Assembly: GCA_035650895.1 (NCBI GenBank)
Contig: DASRGT010000017.1
Coordinates: 25,130 to 89,129 of the forward strand
Length of the DNA stretch: 64,000 nt
Source of the DNA: Vicinamibacterales bacterium
GTDB lineage: Bacteria > Acidobacteriota > Vicinamibacteria > Vicinamibacterales > CAVVIG01
Direction: 5' to 3'
Notes under the pieces: model-generated
What the model saw: only the letters and a program-made list of their open reading frames with translations
Database searches by the model: none
What the model was told of the DNA's origin: nothing
In this document: one piece after another, positions 35,765 through 44,757 of the stretch
Position numbering within the stretch: position 1 is the stretch's first letter
How the letters are laid out: each line of letters starts with the position of its first letter
Program-made: the position numbers and the translations under genes

Positions 35765-37017
35765 ACCACCCCCTGATCTTTCTTCGTGACCGGCGCGAGC
35801 CCTCTGTACACGAACTTCTGAACGCGCTGGCCGCGGTAGGTCTCCGTCGTGTAGATGTTGCCCTTCGAATCGGTCGCGATGCTGTGCACCCCGTAGAATT
35901 CGCCCGGCTGCCGGCCGCCTTCGCCGAACGTGGTCAGCATCTCGAGCGACTGGCGATCGAAGATGTGCACGCGATCGTTCTCGCCGTCGGCGAGATACAG
36001 GTACTTCTGCTGCGCATCCTTCGAGAACGCGATGTCCCACGCCGATCCCGATCCGCGCGTCTCTTTCTCGACGAACATCTCTTTGACGAACGTGCCGTCC
36101 GGCTTGAACACCTGCACGCGATCGTTGACGCGGTCGCAGACGTACAACAGCCGGTCGACCGACAGCTCGGCGCAGTGCACCGGATTGCGGAACTGCTGCG
36201 CCGGCGCCGCGCTCGGGTCGTAGTTGCCGAGGTTCACGTCCTCGGGCCGGTGGCCGTACGCGCCCCAGTGGCGCTTGTATCGTCCCGTGTCGGCGTCGTA
36301 GACGATCACGCGGTGGTTGCCGTAGCCGTCGGCGACATAGACTTCGTTCGCGACCTTGTCGACGAACGTCTTCGCCGGCAGCCGCAGGTTCGCGGTGTCG
36401 TTGCTGCCCTTGCTCGCGCCGGGCTTGCCGATCTGCAGCAGAAAGGTGCCGGACTGCGTGAACTTCAACACCATGCTGTCGTTGAAGTAGCCCCGCACGC
36501 CGGCGGTCTGCGATTCGTCGAGCTCCTGCTGCCCGCGGCCGGGGCCGCCCTGCGCCGCGCCGGGGGCGCGGCCGCGCCCGTTGCCGCCGATCCAGACGTT
36601 GCCTTTGTAGTCGACCGTGATGCCGTGGTTCGAGTCGGGCCAGTCGTACCCCTGTCCCGGACCGCCCCAGTGGCCGATGAGCGTGCCGTCCTGGTCGAAC
36701 TCGAGCACCGGCGGCGCCGGCGCGCAGCACTGCGCCGTCGGCGGCGTCGTCGTCGCATGCTGCTCGCCCGGTTCGAGCGAGCCGGCGCGGTGGATGATCC
36801 AGACGTGATCCTGCGCGTCGACCGACACGCCGATCGTCTGCCCGAGGATCCAGTGGTTCGGCAGCGGCTTCGGCCAGAGCGGATCGACCTCGAAGCGCGG
36901 CGCCACCGCGCCGGAGGGGGCCGCGCGGACGGCCGCCGCGTGATGGATCCCTGCCGCGCCGCCGAAGAGCGCCGTCAGGATCGAGGCGACCGCGAGATGC
37001 CGTTTCATGCGGCGCAT
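35746..37017 (-). CDS. Exported NHL-repeat beta-propeller protein (paralog of 53106..54233)
   Basis: ORF 35746..37050. Start at MRRMKRHLAV (37017) or MKRH (37008). Repeats such as YVCDRVNDRVQVFKPDGTF and YLADGENDRVHIFD. Confidence 0.75.
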   Translation of the reverse strand: MRRMKRHLAVASILTALFGGAAGIHHAAAVRAAPSGAVAPRFEVDPLWPKPLPNHWILGQTIGVSVDAQDHVWIIHRAGSLEPGEQHATTTPPTAQCCAPAPPVLEFDQDGTLIGHWGGPGQGYDWPDSNHGITVDYKGNVWIGGNGRGRAPGAAQGGPGRGQQELDESQTAGVRGYFNDSMVLKFTQSGTFLLQIGKPGASKGSNDTANLRLPAKTFVDKVANEVYVADGYGNHRVIVYDADTGRYKRHWGAYGHRPEDVNLGNYDPSAAPAQQFRNPVHCAELSVDRLLYVCDRVNDRVQVFKPDGTFVKEMFVEKETRGSGSAWDIAFSKDAQQKYLYLADGENDRVHIFDRQSLEMLTTFGEGGRQPGEFYGVHSIATDSKGNIYTTETYRGQRVQKFVYRGLAPVTKKDQGVVWPRKP

Positions 37018-37061
37018 TGTAGCGGTTTCGCCGCGCGATCGACGTGGCATAAGCTGAGAGA

Positions 37062-37556
37062 ATGTTTTCCCTCGACGACTTCCTGCACACGTTCGGCCGC
37101 GTGCGCGACCGCACCCGGCGCGTGGCGGCCTGCATCCCCGAGGACCGCCTGGAGTGGACGTACAAGCCGGGCGCCTTCACCCTCGGCGATCTGGTGCGGC
37201 ACATCGCCGTCGCGGAGCGCCGCATCTGGGCCGAGACGGTCCACGGCCGTCCGGTCCGGTACACCACCCACGGTCGCGAGCTCGCCGACGGCAAGGACGC
37301 GGTGCTCGCGTTCCTCGATCGCATGCACGCGGAAGCGCTCGCGGAATTCCGCGCCCTGACGCCGGCCGCGCTCGACGCGAAGTGTCTGACACCGGCCGGC
37401 TCGCCGATGACCACGTGGAAGTGGCTCGGCATGATGCCCGAGCACGAGATCCACCATCGCGGCCAGATCTACACGATGCTCGCGCTGCTCGACGTGCCGA
37501 CGCCGCCGCTGTACGGCATGACCGCCGATCAGGTCAAAGCGGCGTCGACGCCGTGA
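37062..37556 (+). CDS. DinB-family protein
   Basis: ORF 37062..37556. LGDLVRHIAVAER ... EHEIHHRGQIYTML (DinB His triad pattern). Confidence 0.8.
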   Translation: MFSLDDFLHTFGRVRDRTRRVAACIPEDRLEWTYKPGAFTLGDLVRHIAVAERRIWAETVHGRPVRYTTHGRELADGKDAVLAFLDRMHAEALAEFRALTPAALDAKCLTPAGSPMTTWKWLGMMPEHEIHHRGQIYTMLALLDVPTPPLYGMTADQVKAASTP

Positions 37557-37578
37557 CGCCGCTCGCGGCGCCGGCCGC

Positions 37579-38970
37579 TCACAACGCGCGCAGGAACGCC
37601 GCCAGGTCCGCCTTCTCCTGGGCCGTCAGCCGCAGATCGAACCGCTCGTCGTAGAAATCGACGACGTCGGACAGCGTGGCCGCGAGGCCGTTGTGGAAGT
37701 ACGGCGCGCGGGCCGCCAGACCTCGCAGCACCGGTCCCTTGAACTTGCCGACGTCCGCCCATTTGCCGGTGATCATCGCGCGGCCCGGATCGGTGGTCTG
37801 CACCGTCTCGCCGGTCGCGCGGTTCATCAGCGTGTAGAGCGGCATGTCGTCCGTGCGCCGCGACGCGTCGGTGAGGCCGATGTTGAGCGGCGCCTTCAGC
37901 GAGTGGTCGCCCGCCCCCGGCGTGTCGTGGCACACGGTGCACGACCCGGTGAACGAGTCGGGAACGTGGACGCCGTTCGGCAGCGTCTGCCCGTTCAGGC
38001 CGGCAACCCCCTGAATCGTGATCGGCCGCGTGTTGAAGATCCGCTGGCCGCGCGCGATCGCGGCGCGCGCGTCGCCCGCCGGATCGTGATGGCGGCTGCG
38101 CAGGCCCTCCCACGCATCGAACATCCGGAAGACGCCGGGATCGAACGCCGCACCCGACGGATTCAGCCCGACCGGATCGTTGATGCCGATGAAGAACGGC
38201 TGCCGCGCCAGCGCGCGTGGTCCGCCCGACGCGCCGTCGCCGCTCAGGCTGCCGGCGGCGGTATCGCGCGCCTGCGCCGTGAACAACCCGGTTTCGAACT
38301 CGACGATCGCCTGCTGCTGCGCGGGCGTGAGGTCCAGCGACGCCTGCGCGTGACCCAGCGTCGCATCGTTCGCCTGATGCGCCAGGTCCTGCAGGATCGT
38401 CGTCGTGGTCGCGGCCGGCGTTTCGCGGCCGTCCCACATGACCGCGCTCAGGAAACGCAGATTCGTCGAGGGCAGCGGCCGCCGATACATCGAGACGCTC
38501 TGCAGCGGCGCACGGCACCCGTGCGGATCGTCGACGGCGACGACGTCGAACTCGGCGTCGCTCGGTACGTCCATGCCGACGCGGATCAGCCCCTTCGACA
38601 ACAGCATGCGGTACGCGGCGCGGCGATCCCCGTTGACCGCGTCGACGCCTCCGCAGTCCGATCCGTCGTTGGCGCGGAAGATCGGATCGGTGCCGCGGCT
38701 GCGCGCGAACCGCTCCCGCAGGTGCGCCGGCGTCACCGTCCACGCGTCGCCCGGCTGGTGGCACGTGACGCAGCGGCGTCCGTTGGTGCCGAGATCCTGG
38801 AAGAAGGGATTCGAGAGATCCAGGTCGCCGCCGGCGTCGAAGGTCCGCAGCTGGCCGCTGCCGTCCTGAAACGCGAGCAGCGCCGGATCGTGATCGGCGC
38901 GCGAGGTGGCGACCGCGATCGCGAGCGGCGCGAAGACGAGAACGAGCGCGGCGAGCAGTCGTGATTTCAT
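37579..38970 (-). CDS. Exported di-haem cytochrome c peroxidase/MauG-superfamily protein
   Basis: C-terminal 463 aa of ORF 37579..41385 (MKSRLLAALVLVFAPLAIAVA). PFFQDLGTNGRRCVTCH, GSCTVCH, APYFHNGLAATLSDVVDFY. Confidence 0.8.
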   Translation of the reverse strand: MKSRLLAALVLVFAPLAIAVATSRADHDPALLAFQDGSGQLRTFDAGGDLDLSNPFFQDLGTNGRRCVTCHQPGDAWTVTPAHLRERFARSRGTDPIFRANDGSDCGGVDAVNGDRRAAYRMLLSKGLIRVGMDVPSDAEFDVVAVDDPHGCRAPLQSVSMYRRPLPSTNLRFLSAVMWDGRETPAATTTTILQDLAHQANDATLGHAQASLDLTPAQQQAIVEFETGLFTAQARDTAAGSLSGDGASGGPRALARQPFFIGINDPVGLNPSGAAFDPGVFRMFDAWEGLRSRHHDPAGDARAAIARGQRIFNTRPITIQGVAGLNGQTLPNGVHVPDSFTGSCTVCHDTPGAGDHSLKAPLNIGLTDASRRTDDMPLYTLMNRATGETVQTTDPGRAMITGKWADVGKFKGPVLRGLAARAPYFHNGLAATLSDVVDFYDERFDLRLTAQEKADLAAFLRAL

Positions 38971-39026
38971 CCTGTATCTCCGTCTGATCCACAGATCGGA
39001 AACGCGGGAAGAAACCCGACAACGGG

Positions 39027-41663
39027 TCACGGACCGGCGGCCGCCAGCTGCCGAGCCCGGATGGTTTCGGCGTGCGCCGCGCCCGCCGCGGCGCCGAGGA
39101 TGTCGGCGGCAGCTGCAAATTCCGCGCGGGCCGCCGCGATTCTGCCCTGCGCCTTCCACGCGAGACCGAGCGCCACATGCGCGCGGCCGGCGTTGATCGA
39201 GCGCTCGAGTCCCAGCGATCGCGCGAGTTCGAGCGATCGCCGGGCGTCGCCGACCGCATCGGCGGCGCGACCGAGCTCGAGCGCGACGCCGGCGCGGCGC
39301 ATCAGGCCGATCTGGAGGTATTCGGTGCCCTGGTTGCGGCGCGCGACGGCGTCCTCGGCCAGCCGCACCGCTTCGTTCGCGCGGTCCAGTGCCGCGGCCG
39401 GATCGCCCTGCGCGTCGGCGAGCAGTGCCTGCTGGAGGGCGAGCGAGGATCGCCCGATGTGTCCCGGCGGCAGGTCGCGCGCGTACCGCGCCGCCGCCTC
39501 GTCGACGGCGCGCGCGGCCGCCTCGAGATTCCCGCGCCCCCGCTCGATCGCGGCGACGACGAGCAGCGACTGGTCGACGACGACGCCGGCGCCGGCGTCG
39601 CGCGCTTTGGCGTACGCGCGACCGGCGTAGTCGGCGGCGCGATCGAACGCCTCGAGCTCCGCGAGGATGCGCGCGTAGTTCACGAGCAGCATCGGCGCCA
39701 CCGCCGCTTCGCCCGCATCGTCCTGTCCGAGCCGGATCGCGCGGCGGAAGATCGGTTCCGCGCGCAGCGGCTGACCGGCGAGGTAGAGCGAGACGCCCCA
39801 GTTGTTGAGAATCGTGGCCGCGCGCTGCGTGTCGTCGCGGCCGAGCGCGCCCAGGCGCGACATCGCCTGTTCGAACGCGGCCGCCGCCTCGCGATGGCGG
39901 CCGCCGCTCGTGTAGGCGCCGGCCGTCGTAATCAGCACGTCGATGTCGGTCACCTCGGAGCGGACGGGCAGCTGCAGGGCGGTCGCGCGCGCCGCTTCGG
40001 CCTGCGCGATCGCGTCGGCCGCCGCCCCGGCGCGAACCGCCACCTCGCTGGCGCGGAGCTGGCAGTCGAGTCGATCGCCGGCGTAGGTCGGATCGCGCGG
40101 CAGCACGCGCAGCCCCTCGTCGATCAGCGCTTTCGCGCGGGGCAGGTTGCCGGTGCTCGCGTCGACCTGCGCGAGGCCGCACGCGGTCTCGGCGCGCATC
40201 GCCGGATCCGGCAGCGCCTGCGCAGCGGCATACGCCTTGTCGAGCAGCGCGCGCGCTTTCGCGTACTCGTCCTGCACGGTGTACTGACGGCCTATCGACG
40301 CCAGCAGCTCGACGCGGCGCCGCTGGTCGCCGTGCTCGCGCTCGACGATCTGCTCGGCGCGGGCGAGCAGATCGTCGACGGTGAAGCGATGGCCGGCCGG
40401 CGCCGCATCCGAGAGCAGGAAGGCGTTGAGGCCGTTCACCGCCTCGCTGCGGGCGAGCTCGCGCAGGGCGAAGTCGCGCTGCACGCGCGCCGTCCGCGCC
40501 TGGGCGAGCGTCCCGACCACGCCGGCCGTCGCCGCCGCCGCCGCCAGCGCGGCGAGCGACGCGGCGAGGCGGTTGCGCTGCAGGAGCTTGCCGGCGCGGT
40601 ACGCCCACGAGTCGCGCCGCGCCGAGATCGGTTCGTGGCGCAGGTACCGTTGCAGATCGTCGGCGAGCGCGGCGGCGGTCGCGTACCGGTCGCGCGGATC
40701 CTTCTTCAGCGCCTTCCGTACGATCGTGTCGATGTCGCCGCGCAGCCGGCGATCGGGGTCGCGCTCGACGATCGCTTTCATCAACAGCGCCGGCGACCGC
40801 AGCGCCTGGTCGCCGGCCGGATGGGTGCCGGTGAGCAGCACGAAGAGCAGCACGCCCGCCGCGTACACGTCGGTGGCGGTCGTGATGTCGCCGCCGGTCA
40901 CCTGCTCGGGCGCCGCGTAGGCCGGCGTCAGCGCGGACCCGTCGTCCGCGGTCGCGAGCGTCGCGGCGGCGCGATCGGACTGCAGCAGCCGCGCGATGCC
41001 GAAGTCGAGCAGCTTGACGTGCCCCTCGCCGGTGACGAGGACGTTCGACGGCTTCAGATCGCGATGCACGATGAGGTTCGCGTGCGCGTGGGCGACGGCC
41101 GAGAGCATCGCGACCACGAGACGGATCCGATCGTGCGCGTCGAGCGCGCGGCGCTCGCAGTAGCGATCGATTGGCTCGCCCTCGACGAACTCGAGGATCA
41201 GATGCGGCTGACCGTCGGCGGTGACCCCCGCGTCGAGCAGCTGCGCGATGTTGGGATGCGACAGGCGGCCGACGATCGATCCCTCGCGCCGGAAGCGGTG
41301 TTCGTCGGCGGCCGCCAGCGTCAGCCGCGGAAACTTCACCGCCGCGCGGCGCGCGAAGCGGCCGTCGCTCCGATCGGCCAGCCATACCGTGCCCATCCCG
41401 CCTTCGCCGATGCGCGACACGAGCGTGTAGGCGCCGACGCGTTGCCCGGGCGAGAGTCCGAGCGACGGGGAGGGGCCGTCGAGAAACCGGTCGCGCGCGA
41501 GCGCGCGATGTTCGTCGAGCAGCATCTGCAGCTCCGCGGCGAGCGTCGGCGCGTCGGCGCGCAGCGCGCCGAGCCAGGCGAGGCGATCGGTCTCGGTCAG
41601 TTCGAGGGCGCGATCGAGCAGCGGACTGATCTGCTGCCAGCGGTGCGCGTCGAATCCGCGCAT
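39027..41663 (-). CDS. Ser/Thr protein kinase with one TM helix and a long TPR-like extracytoplasmic domain
   Basis: ATG 41663 in ORF 39027..41789. GEGGMGTVW, AVKF, HRDLKPSNVL, DFGIA. TM helix LAASLAALAAAAATAGVVGTLA. About 480 aa of helical repeats. Confidence 0.85.
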   Translation of the reverse strand: MRGFDAHRWQQISPLLDRALELTETDRLAWLGALRADAPTLAAELQMLLDEHRALARDRFLDGPSPSLGLSPGQRVGAYTLVSRIGEGGMGTVWLADRSDGRFARRAAVKFPRLTLAAADEHRFRREGSIVGRLSHPNIAQLLDAGVTADGQPHLILEFVEGEPIDRYCERRALDAHDRIRLVVAMLSAVAHAHANLIVHRDLKPSNVLVTGEGHVKLLDFGIARLLQSDRAAATLATADDGSALTPAYAAPEQVTGGDITTATDVYAAGVLLFVLLTGTHPAGDQALRSPALLMKAIVERDPDRRLRGDIDTIVRKALKKDPRDRYATAAALADDLQRYLRHEPISARRDSWAYRAGKLLQRNRLAASLAALAAAAATAGVVGTLAQARTARVQRDFALRELARSEAVNGLNAFLLSDAAPAGHRFTVDDLLARAEQIVEREHGDQRRRVELLASIGRQYTVQDEYAKARALLDKAYAAAQALPDPAMRAETACGLAQVDASTGNLPRAKALIDEGLRVLPRDPTYAGDRLDCQLRASEVAVRAGAAADAIAQAEAARATALQLPVRSEVTDIDVLITTAGAYTSGGRHREAAAAFEQAMSRLGALGRDDTQRAATILNNWGVSLYLAGQPLRAEPIFRRAIRLGQDDAGEAAVAPMLLVNYARILAELEAFDRAADYAGRAYAKARDAGAGVVVDQSLLVVAAIERGRGNLEAAARAVDEAAARYARDLPPGHIGRSSLALQQALLADAQGDPAAALDRANEAVRLAEDAVARRNQGTEYLQIGLMRRAGVALELGRAADAVGDARRSLELARSLGLERSINAGRAHVALGLAWKAQGRIAAARAEFAAAADILGAAAGAAHAETIRARQLAAAGP

Positions 41664-41667
41664 GACG

Positions 41668-42186
41668 TCACCGGGGCGGCGCCGGGCGCAGCGCGTGGTG
41701 CAGATAGATGCGCGCCTTGTCCCAGGTGCGCTGCACCGTCCGCTCCGACGTTCCTCGCATCGCGGCAATCTCGCCGAACGAGAAGCCACAGAAGAATTTC
41801 AGGTCGACGACCTCGGCGAGCGCCGCGTCCGTCTTCGCCAGCTCGTCGAGCGCGTCGCTGATCGCGCTCAGCTGCCGTGCGTCGGCCCCGCGCTGCGCCG
41901 GGGCGTCGCCGAGCGTCGTCAGGACGAAGCCGCCGCCGCGCTTGGCCGCCTGGCGCTCGCGCAGGTCGTCGATGATGACACCGCGCATGACGCGCGCGGC
42001 GTAGCGCATGAAGCGCGCTTCGTCGGGAAACCGGGGCAGCTGCCGCTCCGCCATGTCGAGATAGGCCTCGTGCAGCAGCGTCGTTGCGCTGACGCGGGCG
42101 GCGCGGCCCTGACGGCCGACCTCCCGCCGGGCGATGCGATGCAGCTCGGCGTAGAGCGACGCGAACGTCGCCCGATCGGGTTCCAT
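41668..42186 (-). CDS. ECF-type sigma-70 factor (the kinase-associated type)
   Basis: ORF 41668..42186. LLHEAYLDM.., VVDLKFFCGFSFGEIAAMRGTSERTVQRTWDKAR. 4 nt upstream of the kinase gene. No anti-sigma gene nearby. Confidence 0.85.
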   Translation of the reverse strand: MEPDRATFASLYAELHRIARREVGRQGRAARVSATTLLHEAYLDMAERQLPRFPDEARFMRYAARVMRGVIIDDLRERQAAKRGGGFVLTTLGDAPAQRGADARQLSAISDALDELAKTDAALAEVVDLKFFCGFSFGEIAAMRGTSERTVQRTWDKARIYLHHALRPAPPR

Positions 42187-42223
42187 GGGCGTTACCCGGC
42201 CGGCCGCTGGGGGTGGGACCGGC

Positions 42224-43390
42224 CTACGAAATCATGACCTTGCGCGGCGCCTGCGAGTTCTCCTCGAGGAACGATTTCTTGTCCTTCAGGTCCTCGGCGG
42301 TCGGCTGCACTTTGCCGGCGGCGTCGGTGACGCGCGACACCAGCGTGTGCGCGCCGGGCGTCGGGTTGTTCCACGTGTAGTGGAACAGCTTCCAGCCGAA
42401 CTTTTCCTTGGCGGTCGCCGGGTCGAGCGTCGCCGGCTGCCACGCGCCGTCGTCCACCTTCACCTCGACCGACTTGATCGGCGTGCCGTCGTTGAGCACG
42501 ACGCCGGTGACCGTGCACTGTTTTCCACTCTTCGTTACGCGCGCAACGAAGGATTTGAGGTTCATGTGCGTGACGGCCGTTTCCATGTACTTCATCTCGC
42601 CGTCGATCATCTCGCCGCGCACGGTGCGGTACCACCTGGCCTGGTACTTGCCGAGGTACGCATCTTCCTGGACGTGAATCTGCGAGAGCCACTTGACGTT
42701 GGCGACGCCGTACCAGCCGGGCACGATCAGGCGGAGCGGCGCGCCCTGGTGCTTGGTCAGCGGCTCGCCGTTGAGCGACCAGGCGAGGAACGGCTCGGAG
42801 GAGAGCGCCTTTTCGCGGTTCAGGCTGCGGCCGAACGGAACGTCGATGTTGTACTTCTGCGTGCGCCACTCGACGTCTTCGGTCCCGTGGTCGGCGCCGA
42901 AGAAGACGAACTCGCGCGCCGAGGGCTTGACGCCGCACGAATCGAGCAGCGTCTTCAGCGAGACACCGGTCCACTTTGCGTTGCCGCACAGGCCCTGCAA
43001 CGGTCCGCGGTTGCCCGAGCACTCGAAGCCGGCGACGAGATCGGTGGAGCCGATCTTCTTCAGTTCGTCGAGCGTGAGCTGCTTGGGCCGATCGACCAGC
43101 CCCGACACCTTCAGCTTGTAGGAGGCGAGATCCACGTCGGGGTGGCCGTAGTGCTGCGTGGTGGCGAACTTGTCCTTCGCGACGAACGGCCCCTCGATCG
43201 TGCGCACGTCCAGCATGCGGCGATCGGGCGGGGTGTCCCAGCGGACGTTCTCCGGGATGTCGGTGAACGGGACGAGGGTTTCGCCCTGTGCCATCGCGGG
43301 CACGACCCAGTCCGGCAGCCCGGCGACGGAGAGACCGGCCAGGACCAGACCACCTTTGAGGACGTCACGCCGAGTGTGCGGATTCGACAT
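42224..43390 (-). CDS. Tat-exported sulfite-oxidase-family molybdopterin oxidoreductase with an Ig-like dimerisation domain
   Basis: ATG 43390 in ORF 42224..43429 (MSNPHTRRDVLKGGLVLAG). GFECSGN (Mo-binding Cys), RLIVPGWYGVANVKWL. C-terminal beta domain. Confidence 0.85.
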   Translation of the reverse strand: MSNPHTRRDVLKGGLVLAGLSVAGLPDWVVPAMAQGETLVPFTDIPENVRWDTPPDRRMLDVRTIEGPFVAKDKFATTQHYGHPDVDLASYKLKVSGLVDRPKQLTLDELKKIGSTDLVAGFECSGNRGPLQGLCGNAKWTGVSLKTLLDSCGVKPSAREFVFFGADHGTEDVEWRTQKYNIDVPFGRSLNREKALSSEPFLAWSLNGEPLTKHQGAPLRLIVPGWYGVANVKWLSQIHVQEDAYLGKYQARWYRTVRGEMIDGEMKYMETAVTHMNLKSFVARVTKSGKQCTVTGVVLNDGTPIKSVEVKVDDGAWQPATLDPATAKEKFGWKLFHYTWNNPTPGAHTLVSRVTDAAGKVQPTAEDLKDKKSFLEENSQAPRKVMIS

Positions 43391-43441
43391 GCCGCAGATT
43401 CTAGCGCGAAACGGGGAACCGCTTGACACCGGAATCCGTAT

Positions 43442-43459
43442 TACTGTACTAGTTCAGTA
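43442..43459. promoter_or_regulatory. Near-perfect palindrome TACTGtACTAGTtCAGTA (candidate YtrA/GntR operator) downstream of a TTGACA box (43423..43428)
   Basis: Read directly. 16 of 18 positions are self-complementary. Ends 5 nt before the GTG start at 43465. Confidence 0.4.
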
Positions 43460-43464
43460 GCACA

Positions 43465-43866
43465 GTGACGCTGTTCCGCCCCAACCCGTCGCTCGGCGTC
43501 CCGATTTACCTCCAGTTGATGGAGCAGGTGAAGCACGCCATCGAAACCGGCGCGCTGCGGCCTGGCGAGCAGCTGCCGGGGATCCGGCCGCTCGCGGAAG
43601 AGCTGGTCGTCAACCCGAACACGATCGCGAAGGCGTATCGCGAACTCGAGCACGAGGGCGTCCTCGAGCTGCGGCACGGCGCCGGCGCGTTCGTGTCGGC
43701 GCAGGCGCGCGACAAGAAAGCCTCGGACCGCCTGCGCGGCGCGCAGCCGGTGGTGAGCGGAACGATCGAAAAGCTGCGGGCGCGGGGCCTGACCGACGAG
43801 GAGATCCGCCGGCTGTTCGAAGCGGAGCTCGCGGGACTCGCGCGCAAAGGAGACGAGAGTGTCTGA
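43465..43866 (+). CDS. GntR-family (YtrA-subfamily) transcriptional regulator
   Basis: ORF 43465..43866, GTG start. PIYLQLMEQVKHAIETGALRPGEQLPGIRPLAEELVVNPNTIAKAYRELEHEGVL. Short C-terminal helices. Confidence 0.85.
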   Translation: MTLFRPNPSLGVPIYLQLMEQVKHAIETGALRPGEQLPGIRPLAEELVVNPNTIAKAYRELEHEGVLELRHGAGAFVSAQARDKKASDRLRGAQPVVSGTIEKLRARGLTDEEIRRLFEAELAGLARKGDESV

Positions 43867-44755
43867 CGTCCTCGCGATCGAAACCGTCGACCTCCGCAAG
43901 CGCTACGGCGACGTCGAGGCGCTGCGCGGCATCAACCTGGGCGTGCCGGCCGGATCGATCTTCGGCTTCCTCGGCCGGAACGGCGCCGGCAAGACGACGA
44001 CGATTAAGGTGCTGCTGGGGATGGCGAGGGCGACGAGCGGAGCGGCGCGCGTGCTCGGCATCCCCGCATCGCCCGACGCCGTCGACATCCGGCGGCGGAC
44101 GGCGTTCGTCAGCGAAGAAAAGGACCTCTACGACTCCATGACGGTCGAGGAGATCGTCCGCTTCACGGCCAGCTTCTATCCGCGCTGGCGATCGGAGCTC
44201 GAGCAGCGATACCGGCGCGCGTTCGACCTGTCGCCGAACGCGCAGGTCAAGACGCTCTCGCGCGGCACGCGCTCGAGGCTCGCGCTGCTGCTGGCGTTGT
44301 GCCGCGGCGCGGAACTGCTGATCCTCGACGAACCGACGTCGGGTCTCGATCCGGCCGCCGCCGAGGACGTGCTGCAGGCGCTCGTGGCGCATGCCGCGGC
44401 GGACGCCGTCACCGTCTTCTTCTCGTCGCACCAGATCGCCGAGGTGGAGCAGATCGCCGACCACATCGCGATCGTCGATCGCGGACGCACCGTGGTCGCC
44501 GGAGCGCTCGACGATCTGCGCGCGCAGTACCGGCGCGTGCAGTTCGTCTTCGACGGCGACGCGCCGGCCGTGTCGTTTCGCGCGCCTGGCGTCGCGCGTC
44601 TGCAGCGGCAGGGGCGCGTCCTGACCTTGCTGTGCAGCGGCGGCGTCGACGCGCTCGTCGCCGAGGCCCACGCGCTGCAGCCGGTCGCGATCGACGTCAC
44701 GCCCGTCACGCTGAAGGACATCTTTCTGGACACGGTCCACGCGGAGGAGGCATAG
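43859..44755 (+). CDS. ABC transporter ATP-binding protein
   Basis: ORF 43859..44755, GTG start, 8-nt overlap with the gntR-type gene. GRNGAGKTT, LSRGTRSRLALL, LLILDEP. Confidence 0.9.
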   Translation: MSDVLAIETVDLRKRYGDVEALRGINLGVPAGSIFGFLGRNGAGKTTTIKVLLGMARATSGAARVLGIPASPDAVDIRRRTAFVSEEKDLYDSMTVEEIVRFTASFYPRWRSELEQRYRRAFDLSPNAQVKTLSRGTRSRLALLLALCRGAELLILDEPTSGLDPAAAEDVLQALVAHAAADAVTVFFSSHQIAEVEQIADHIAIVDRGRTVVAGALDDLRAQYRRVQFVFDGDAPAVSFRAPGVARLQRQGRVLTLLCSGGVDALVAEAHALQPVAIDVTPVTLKDIFLDTVHAEEA

Positions 44756-44757
44756 CC

